Notes: generated from the sequence alone by a model not told the origin. A stretch of DNA of 4,909 bases, filler included, from an uncultured virus (IMG/VR IMGVR_UViG_2061766007_000578) (2 parts of one record of this genome joined end to end with filler, not necessarily neighbours in it); one strand, 5' to 3'; shown: positions 1 through 4,909, numbered from the whole stretch's first letter. Program-made: numbers and translations.

Positions 1-1
1 A

Positions 2-157
2 CAAGAGCCAAAGCCGGGGCATTGGATAAGAATGAAGGCATACGAAAAATGGGGATGTTCAGAGTGTAATACAGTTTTTAGATTTACCTTTAAGGAACAT
101 GACTATTGCCCTAATTGCGGTGCAAGAATGGTTGAGCTACAGGAAAGCGAGGAATAA
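2..157 (+). CDS. 5'-truncated phage zinc-ribbon hypothetical protein (not in ORF track)
   Basis: Manual translation of frame 2: QEPKPGHWIRMKAYEKWGCSECNTVFRFTFKEHDYCPNCGARMVELQESEE*. It has the G-x-W-I...CxxC...CPxCGA pattern, and its TAA abuts the next ATG at 158. Similar to the middle module of ORF 1087-1455. Confidence 0.85.
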   Translation, partial: QEPKPGHWIRMKAYEKWGCSECNTVFRFTFKEHDYCPNCGARMVELQESEE

Positions 158-856
158 ATGTTAGATTTTGGATTTTATAACATGGACTGCATGGAAGGTA
201 TGAAAGAATTTCCAGACAAATATTTTGATATTGCCATAGTTGACCCTGTTTATGGGGATGTTACAAAAGGCGGATATATGACAAATAATAAAGGTCAGCA
301 TATTGGAACAGGCAAGGCGAATCAAAAAGGGTATTATTCTGGCTTATGGAGTCAGAATAAAACAGAAAAAGAATATTTTTCGGAATTGTTAAGGGTAAGC
401 AAAAATCAGATTGTATGGGGGGGAAACTATTTTGCAGAAAATCTCCCATCGTCCCAAGGGTGGATTGTATGGGATAAGCAACATCCAGAGGGGATAACAT
501 TTGCTGATGCAGAATTAGCGTGGACATCTTTTGATAAAGCTATAAGAACATTTAGATTTATGTGGAATGGGATGTTGCAAGGCGATATGAAAAACAAGGA
601 AAATCGCATACATCCAACACAAAAACCAATAAGGTTATATGAGTGGATATTAAATAATTATTGTAACGAAAAAGACATAGTTCTTGATACTCACGTTGGA
701 AGTGCATCAAGCCTTATTGCTTGTAAAAACACAGGACATAAGTATGTTGGGTTTGAAATTGACGAAACCTATTTTAGATTAGCAAATCAAAGGTTGGAAC
801 AAGAAACTGCGCAAATGAATTTTTTTGATTTGGGATATAACCTATATCAAGAATGA
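158..856 (+). CDS. Phage DNA methyltransferase, N4-cytosine/N6-adenine type, beta-class motif order
   Basis: N-terminal 'DCMEGMKEFPDKYFDIAIVDPVY' (motif IV, DPPY-like), 'WIVWDK', 'HPTQKP', and C-terminal SAM-binding motif I 'VLDTHVGSASS...YVGFEID'. GAGG RBS upstream. No cognate endonuclease in the window. Confidence 0.93.
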   Translation: MLDFGFYNMDCMEGMKEFPDKYFDIAIVDPVYGDVTKGGYMTNNKGQHIGTGKANQKGYYSGLWSQNKTEKEYFSELLRVSKNQIVWGGNYFAENLPSSQGWIVWDKQHPEGITFADAELAWTSFDKAIRTFRFMWNGMLQGDMKNKENRIHPTQKPIRLYEWILNNYCNEKDIVLDTHVGSASSLIACKNTGHKYVGFEIDETYFRLANQRLEQETAQMNFFDLGYNLYQE

Positions 857-880
857 GCCACAGGAAAGGAGCGATAAGGA

Positions 881-1090
881 ATGACAGACAGAAAACCAGA
901 TATTCCCGACATCAGCAAAATAAAGTGTGTGGATTGCAGATATAATGTTGACAATGTGAACGAGGAAAGACCGAAAATGCGGTTTTGCGCAATAAGCGGT
1001 CATGCACTCGACATTATGGATAAAGGCTTGCCGATATGGGGATGCCCGATTAAGGATGCGTACAAGGCAGAAAGTGAGGAAAAAAAATGA
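881..1090 (+). CDS. Small Cys-rich phage hypothetical protein (69 aa)
   Basis: CVDC...C...GCP pattern, AGGAG/AAGGA upstream, and its stop overlaps the next start (ATGA 1087-1090). Confidence 0.8.
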   Translation: MTDRKPDIPDISKIKCVDCRYNVDNVNEERPKMRFCAISGHALDIMDKGLPIWGCPIKDAYKAESEEKK

Positions 1091-1455
1091 AACTGATAAT
1101 TGATATATCCGAAGAACGATACAAAGACGTTCAGAGGATAGCAAGCGTTCAAGCAGACAGAAACCACTTTCAAACGGCAGAGCAGATAATAGCAAATGGC
1201 ACACCTATTCCCGACAATGAGCAAAAGACAGGGCGTTGGATAAGAGTTAAAGACAAAACAGAACATTGGGTATGGAAATGTGATAAGTGTGGTTGGCAAC
1301 AGAGATTTGATACAAATCATTGCCCAGATTGCGGCGCAAAGATGGTTGAGCCACATGAAAGTGAAAAAGTGAATTGTAAATCTACGAAATGCGATAACTG
1401 TATAAATCATAATTACTGTGATTATGAGCCACAGGAAAGTGAGAATAAGGAATGA
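1087..1455 (+). CDS. Phage hypothetical protein with zinc-ribbon, apparently a three-module fusion (122 aa)
   Basis: MKLIIDISEE...IIANGTPIP module, then KTGRWI...CDKC...CPDCGAKM zinc ribbon, then a C-terminal CKSTKCDNCINHNYC module. ATGA overlaps at both ends. Confidence 0.85.
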   Translation: MKLIIDISEERYKDVQRIASVQADRNHFQTAEQIIANGTPIPDNEQKTGRWIRVKDKTEHWVWKCDKCGWQQRFDTNHCPDCGAKMVEPHESEKVNCKSTKCDNCINHNYCDYEPQESENKE

Positions 1456-1619
1456 AGGAAACAAAATCTCATGCACCTGTTTTCCGAGGGAGCAAGCCAA
1501 ACAGTACAACGGTATGTGCCTACTGTCCTAAATGTGACACGGCAATTAAGGAATACAGACAGAAAAAGTGTTATAAATGCGGGTGGGAGATATATTGGAT
1601 GCCATTCGGCAGAAAGTGA
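1452..1619 (+). CDS. Small zinc-ribbon protein (55 aa; not in ORF track)
   Basis: Manual translation: MKETKSHAPVFRGSKPNSTTVCAYCPKCDTAIKEYRQKKCYKCGWEIYWMPFGRK*. The ATG overlaps the previous stop (ATGA), it contains CPKC...CYKCG, and the junction motif lies on both sides. Confidence 0.8.
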   Translation: MKETKSHAPVFRGSKPNSTTVCAYCPKCDTAIKEYRQKKCYKCGWEIYWMPFGRK

Positions 1620-1629
1620 GGAACAAGGA

Positions 1630-1821
1630 ATGACGAGAGAGAAAGCCTTGATATTAGCACTAAAGATTGTTGATGTATGCAAGACATACGGTGGAGAGGA
1701 TAGGTGCAAACAATGTCCTTTTAATGTCAATGGATGTTTTGTTACGGACGGGAACAATATTCCGACAGATTGGAGAGCAAGCGAACTGATTAAATCCATT
1801 GAGATGCAAGGCAGAAAGTGA
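1630..1821 (+). CDS. Small Cys-rich phage hypothetical protein (63 aa); start revised from 1471 to 1630
   Basis: MTREKALILALKIVDVCKTYGGEDRCKQCPFNVNGCFVTDGNNIPTDWRASELIKSIEMQGRK*. The ATG at 1630 follows GAGGAACAAGGA, the same junction/RBS motif used by neighbouring genes. Confidence 0.8.
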   Translation: MTREKALILALKIVDVCKTYGGEDRCKQCPFNVNGCFVTDGNNIPTDWRASELIKSIEMQGRK

Positions 1822-1830
1822 GGACAAGGA

Positions 1831-2050
1831 ATGAAAATAATTGATGCAGATAAGTTTTTAGCATATTTGATCTTTTCCAAGCACATAGACGGATTGACTT
1901 GTGGTGAGGTTAAAGAAGCGATTGAAATGTGTAAGGTTGATGTACTTGACGNNNNNNNNNNNNNNNNNNNNNNNNNNNNNNNNNNNNNNTTACCGCAGAG
2001 GGGTTAATGATGTGTTGAGGATTATCGACAAGTACAAGGCAGAATTTTAG
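1831..2050 (+). CDS. Phage hypothetical protein spanning an N gap (not in ORF track)
   Basis: MKIIDADKFLAYLIFSKHIDGLTCGEVKEAIEMCKVDVLD (1831-1950), gap 1952-1989, then YRRGVNDVLRIIDKYKAEF* (1991-2050). The frame differs across the gap, which is consistent with an estimated gap length. GAGGA RBS upstream. Confidence 0.65.
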
Positions 2051-2073
2051 CCACAGGAAAGGAGCGAGAAGGA

Positions 2074-2189
2074 ATGAAAAACGAAAGACCCTGTGATAAA
2101 TGTATCTTCCATGATGGAACATGCCACCACTGGAATTGTGAACCGATAACCAGGAACGAGGCCGAGGCAGCGGTCAAGACCTTGAGGGA
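2074..2189 (+). CDS. 3'-truncated Cys/His-rich phage hypothetical protein (not in ORF track)
   Basis: MKNERPCDKCIFHDGTCHHWNCEPITRNEAEAAVKTLR runs into the N gap at 2190. Preceded by the junction motif with AGGAG/AAGGA. Confidence 0.7.
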
Positions 2190-2199
2190 NNNNNNNNNN

Positions 2200-2706
2200 G
2201 ATCAATTTTTATGTTGATAACAACGTCTACTATATGGATAACGTGGACATCCACGAACAGAACGCAATTGCGCTTCTGGTAGAACCGAGGGCGATCATTC
2301 CGGGGACGTACGACTGGATGGAACAGAACTATCACAAATTCAGGTATGTGTTCACCTTTGATGAAGAGATCCTGAAATTGCCGAACGCGAAGCTGCTCCT
2401 GTACGGACAGATCACGGCAGAGTTCCCGAACGGCCCGAAACATATAGCCGTCTCAATGGTGGCATCGGGCAAGGACTTCTGCGAAGGGCATAGGAATCGC
2501 AATATTATAGCGCGAGAGCTGAAGGGCAAGATTGATACTTTTGGAAGATTTGACGGTGGTGAGTATTGTGACGATAAAGACTTCCTGCAAGGGTACATGT
2601 TTAACGTGGCTATGGAGAACAGTTCTAACGGGCACTACTTCACTGAGAAGATTTGTAACTGCTTTGCATCGAACATAGTTCCGATCTATTGGGGATGCCC
2701 GAACAT
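2200..2706 (+). CDS. Gap-bounded internal fragment of GT10 fucosyltransferase-like gene (second copy or allele of 3151-3657)
   Basis: Open across the whole 507-nt segment and colinear without indels with 3151-3657. About 51 nucleotide and 11 amino-acid differences by hand count. Contains FNVAMENS...YFTEKI...VPIYWG. Confidence 0.85.
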
Positions 2707-2716
2707 NNNNNNNNNN

Positions 2717-3010
2717 AGAGGTGGAAGTCATTCTGGTTGATGACGGAAGCAAAGAAAAGTTCTGGACAGAATACGAATGGTGCAAGGTCTTCCATCAGAA
2801 AAACAAGGGGGTATCTTCTGCCAGGAATGAAGGATTGAAAATGGCCCAGGGGGAATACATCGCATTTATCGACGCGGACGATCTTGTCTCCGTGGACTAT
2901 GTGAGTAAAATCTTCAACAAGATGCCGTTCGATTATCTTGATCTGTCATGGAAGTCTTTACCCGGTGGTCAACAGTTCTCATACAAACTGAACAGCGATG
3001 CAGACCGACT
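2717..3010 (+). CDS. Gap-bounded internal fragment of family 2 glycosyltransferase (GT-A fold)
   Basis: EVEVILVDDGS...NKGVSSARNEGLKMAQGEYIAFIDADD contains the canonical GT2 motifs, including DxD. The N-terminal SIIIP strand is missing here and is found at 3868. Confidence 0.9.
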
Positions 3011-3085
3011 NNNNNNNNNNGTTGGCAAAGACTTGTGAACCCCACCATATGGTATGCGTTGGGGATATTGTGAAGGGAGTGCAGA

Positions 3086-3871
3086 ATGAAAATTAAACTC
3101 CGCTCAATGTATGATTCCTTCCCGGAAAAATACGGCGACAGCGATAATCAAATCAATTTCTATGTAGACAACAATGTCTACTTTCTGGACAACACGGACA
3201 TCCATGAACAGAACGCGATAGCGCTTTTGGTAGAACCCAGGGCGATCATTCCGGGGACATACGACTGGATGGAACAGAATTATCACAAATTCCGGTATGT
3301 GTTTACCTTTGATGAAGAGATCCTGAAATTGCCGAACGCGAAGCTGCTCCTGTACGGACAGATCACGGCAGAGTTCCCGATGAAACCGAAGAATAAAGCC
3401 GTCTCAATGGTGGCATCGGGCAAGGACTTTTGTGAAGGACACAGAAACCGCAATATCATAGCGCGAGAGCTGAAGGGCAAGATTGACACTTTTGGAAGAT
3501 TTGACGGTGGTGAGTATTGCGACGATGCAGCCTTCCTGCAAGGGTACAAGTTCAATGTGGCAATGGAAAACAGCAGGAACGGGCATTACTTCACGGAGAA
3601 GATTTGCAACTGCTTTGCATCGAACATAGTTCCGATCTATTGGGGATGCCCGAACATCGACAAATACTTTGACATGGACGGGATCATCTATTGTCAGAAT
3701 CATGCAGACATCATCAAAGCCGTGGACATGGTGCTCGCAGATCCGGAAGGTGAATACAACAAAAGGCGCGATGCTATTGAACACAATTATCAGACGGTGC
3801 AGAAATATCGCAGGTATGCAGACTGGTTTTTGAGAACATACGGTGAAATGTTGGAGGATATGGTCAAATGA
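3086..3871 (+). CDS. Glycosyltransferase family 10 (alpha-1,3-fucosyltransferase-like), 261 aa
   Basis: YKFNVAMENSRNGHYFTEKICNCFASNIVPIYWG matches the GT10 nucleotide-sugar-binding signature (YKFxxxxENS...YxTEK...VPIYWG). It has an upstream conserved-type Arg region 'HRNR' and 'IDTFGR', and GGAG RBS at about 3076. Confidence 0.88.
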   Translation: MKIKLRSMYDSFPEKYGDSDNQINFYVDNNVYFLDNTDIHEQNAIALLVEPRAIIPGTYDWMEQNYHKFRYVFTFDEEILKLPNAKLLLYGQITAEFPMKPKNKAVSMVASGKDFCEGHRNRNIIARELKGKIDTFGRFDGGEYCDDAAFLQGYKFNVAMENSRNGHYFTEKICNCFASNIVPIYWGCPNIDKYFDMDGIIYCQNHADIIKAVDMVLADPEGEYNKRRDAIEHNYQTVQKYRRYADWFLRTYGEMLEDMVK

Positions 3872-3953
3872 AACTATCAATCATAATTCCATACTACAAT
3901 GTCAAACCATACACAGACGAGCTGCTTGACCGGTTGGCACCGCAGATCACGGA
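3868..3953 (+). CDS. N-terminus of family 2 glycosyltransferase, 3'-truncated (not in ORF track)
   Basis: MKLSIIIPYYNVKPYTDELLDRLAPQIT is a classic GT2 first strand (SIIIPxYN). ATGA overlap with the GT10 stop, with GGAGG upstream. Confidence 0.88.
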
Positions 3954-4053
3954 NNNNNNNNNNNNNNNNNNNNNNNNNNNNNNNNNNNNNNNNNNNNTTA
4001 ATTAATTAANNNNNNNNNNNNNNNNNNNNNNNNNNNNNNNNNNNNNNNNNNNN
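3954..4053. other. Artificial contig-joining linker (N44-TTAATTAATTAA-N44, exactly 100 nt)
   Basis: A palindromic 12-mer at 3998-4009 with TAA stops in all six frames, centred between two runs of 44 N. Confidence 0.95.
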
Positions 4054-4054
4054 A

Positions 4055-4279
4055 TTGATTGAGAACTATCAGCATGAACTGATAGAACTCCGGACCGTGG
4101 CACTGTCTATCATCAAGCAGATGGAGTATAGGGATCAGCAGTACATCATCATGAAATACTTTAACCGGAAGACGATAGATGAGATCGGGGAGATTGTGGG
4201 CTATGCTTACCGGCAGACATGGGAGAACATTCACCATGCTGAACAGCAATTCATTGAGATCTACAATAAGTCTGCATAG
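4055..4279 (+). CDS. 5'-truncated RinA/ArpU-like phage late transcriptional activator (sigma region 4-like HTH)
   Basis: 'QQYIIMKYFNRKTIDEIGEIVGYAYRQTWENIHHAEQQF' fits the RinA/ArpU C-terminal pattern (helix-YF-xx-T/SxxEIAxxxGYSxRQ). Its position directly upstream of an HNH gene is typical. The listed TTG start abuts the gap and is probably not the real start. Confidence 0.75.
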   Translation: MIENYQHELIELRTVALSIIKQMEYRDQQYIIMKYFNRKTIDEIGEIVGYAYRQTWENIHHAEQQFIEIYNKSA

Positions 4280-4311
4280 TTTTGCATACTGATATGTGAT
4301 ATTGTGGTAAT
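4272..4311 (+). promoter_or_regulatory. Putative late promoter and activator-binding region
   Basis: Direct repeat TGCATA (4273, 4283). TTGCAT at 4282-4287 lies 18 nt before TG-n-GGTAAT (4303-4311), with an alternative TG-n-GATATT at 4295-4303. It sits at the 3' end of the RinA-like gene, where such promoters usually lie. Confidence 0.45.
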
Positions 4312-4359
4312 GAGAAAAATCGCGATAAACCAAACTCACAGTCACCTCCTATCAAGGAC

Positions 4360-4394
4360 AGGGCATCCACTTTCCCCAGTGGGTGCCTTTTGTT
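4360..4394 (+). terminator. Stem-loop followed by U-rich tract (intrinsic terminator-like)
   Basis: AGGGCATCCACT-ttcccc-AGTGGGTGCCTT forms a 12-bp stem with two G-U pairs, and its 3' end runs into TTTTGTT (4388-4394). Confidence 0.65.
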
Positions 4395-4397
4395 ATG

Positions 4398-4434
4398 CCG
4401 GGGGTGTAGAAAATATCCGGGGGTGTACAAATAT
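4398..4434 (+). repeat. Tandem 18-19 bp direct repeat upstream of the HNH start
   Basis: ccgggggtgtagaaaatat (4398-4416) followed by ccgggggtgtacaaatat (4417-4434). The GGGGGTG of the second copy can serve as RBS for the ATG at 4433. Confidence 0.85.
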
Positions 4435-4707
4435 GCGCGGCTCCTATGCAAAGAAGCCGACACGANNNNNNNNNNNNNNNNNNNNNNNNNNNNNNNNNNN
4501 NNNNNNNNNNNNNNNCACCCAGTCAGTGTGTGCGATATGTGGCAAGCCTGTTGACAAGTCGATTAAATATCCGGACCCGATGTCACCAACAGTTGACCAT
4601 ATTATTCCACTTGCAAAGAATGGCGATCCCGTGGCACTGGACAACCTTCAGCTCGCTCACAGATATTGCAACAGGATGAAGAGCGACAAAATAATAAATG
4701 CTGCTAA
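4433..4707 (+). CDS. Phage HNH endonuclease (packaging-associated type), gapped and 3'-truncated
   Basis: CAICGKPVD...TVDHIIPLAKNG...LDNLQLAHRYCNRMKSDK gives CxxC plus DHIIP, NL and HxxCN motifs. The start is more likely ATG 4433 than 4304. Gap at 4466-4515. Confidence 0.9.
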
Positions 4708-4717
4708 NNNNNNNNNN

Positions 4718-4909
4718 TACCCAGTCAGTGTGCGCGATATGTGGTAAGCCTGTTGATAAGTCGATTAAATATCCGGACCCGATGTCACCAACAGTTGACC
4801 ATATCATTCCGCTTGCAAAGAATGGCGATCCCGTAGCATTGGACAACCTTCAGCTTGCACACAGATATTGCAACAGGATGAAGAGCGACAAAATAATAAA
4901 TGCTGCTAA
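4718..4909 (+). CDS. Second copy or allele of the HNH endonuclease fragment
   Basis: 192 nt with the same endpoints as 4516-4707 and 10 substitutions. The translation is identical (TQSVCAICG...KIINAA). Confidence 0.88.

Larger units (their letters stand above)
134..2077 (+). repeat. Dispersed gene-junction repeat family (7 junction copies, 1 internal degenerate copy, 1 partial)
   Basis: Type A: 134 gagctacaggaaagcgaggaataaatg; 855 gagccacaggaaaggagcgataaggaatg; 1348 gagccacatgaaagtgaaaaagtga (internal); 1426 gagccacaggaaagtgagaataaggaatga; 2048 tagccacaggaaaggagcgagaaggaatga. Type B: 1063 caaggcagaaagtgaggaaaaaaaatga; 1608 ggcagaaagtgaggaacaaggaatga; 1807 caaggcagaaagtgaggacaaggaatga; partial 2032 gtacaaggcagaa (identical to 1060-1072). 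Confidence 0.9.

Noticed and set aside
158..856. Restriction-modification system
   Set aside because: There is no adjacent endonuclease-sized gene. The flanks are small phage ORFs, so an orphan MTase is the better call.
1471..1629. 5' extension of ORF 1471-1821
   Set aside because: It overlaps a better-supported 55-aa zinc-ribbon ORF (1452-1619) in another frame, and the ATG at 1630 has the shared RBS motif.
2048..2050. TAG stop-codon reassignment
   Set aside because: There is only one suggestive instance, explained by a G-to-T change in the repeat. Long genes are intact under the standard code, and TAG ends the RinA-like gene at the expected place.
134..2077. Junction repeats as a CRISPR array or integron attC sites
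   Set aside because: The intervening sequences are whole genes of variable length, and the repeats are purine-rich, degenerate and non-palindromic. No GTTRRRY/RYYYAAC ends, cas gene or integrase were seen.
3021..3095. 3' end of an unidentified gene, or the ACCATATGGT palindrome, upstream of GT10
   Set aside because: Two short frames are open (LAKTCEPHHMVCVGDIVKGVQNEN* and WQRLVNPTIWYALGIL*) and I cannot choose between them. The palindrome is too short to be meaningful.
3998..4009. TTAATTAATTAA palindrome as a biological site
   Set aside because: It is centred in exactly 44+44 N and has stops in all six frames, so it is an artificial linker. Adjacency across it is not evidence of linkage.
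4304..4432. N-terminal extension of the HNH ORF from 4304
   Set aside because: It runs through the putative promoter, terminator-like hairpin and tandem repeat. ATG 4433 has a well-spaced GGGGGTG RBS. The track's C-terminus 'YPVSVRDMW' is an out-of-frame read across a gap.
261..4846. Minus-strand ORFs in the track, and + ORF 4446-4679
   Set aside because: They are shadows of well-supported + strand genes, carry no recognisable motifs, and several cross N gaps.
2200..4909. Diversity-generating retroelement TR/VR pairs (GT10 pair, HNH pair)
   Set aside because: Mismatches are mainly synonymous C/T third-position changes and are not adenine-specific. The copies are gap-bounded and there is no reverse transcriptase in the window.

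Overview
Gapped, scaffolded sequence that looks like a Firmicutes (Clostridia-type) tailed phage or prophage, with all credible genes on the + strand. Bases 1-2189 hold a tightly packed accessory array: one beta-class N4/N6 DNA methyltransferase plus seven small genes, most of them Cys-rich zinc-finger-like. All seven gene junctions in this array carry the same ~25-30 bp motif family (GAGCCACAGGAAAG.../AAGGCAGAAAGTGAGGA...AAGGAATG), read in different frames, which suggests a DNA-level cassette or recombination signal fused to the RBS. Bases 2200-3953 hold a glycosylation module: a complete GT10 (alpha-1,3-fucosyltransferase-like) gene, a ~90% identical partial second copy, and a GT2 gene whose two parts lie in reversed order across gaps. 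An artificial 100-bp linker (N44-TTAATTAATTAA-N44) at 3954-4053 joins a separate contig. That contig carries a RinA/ArpU-like late activator, a structured intergenic region and a packaging-type HNH endonuclease present as two synonymous-only variants. The duplications are most probably strain-allele assembly artefacts. All counts were made by hand and no database searches were run.
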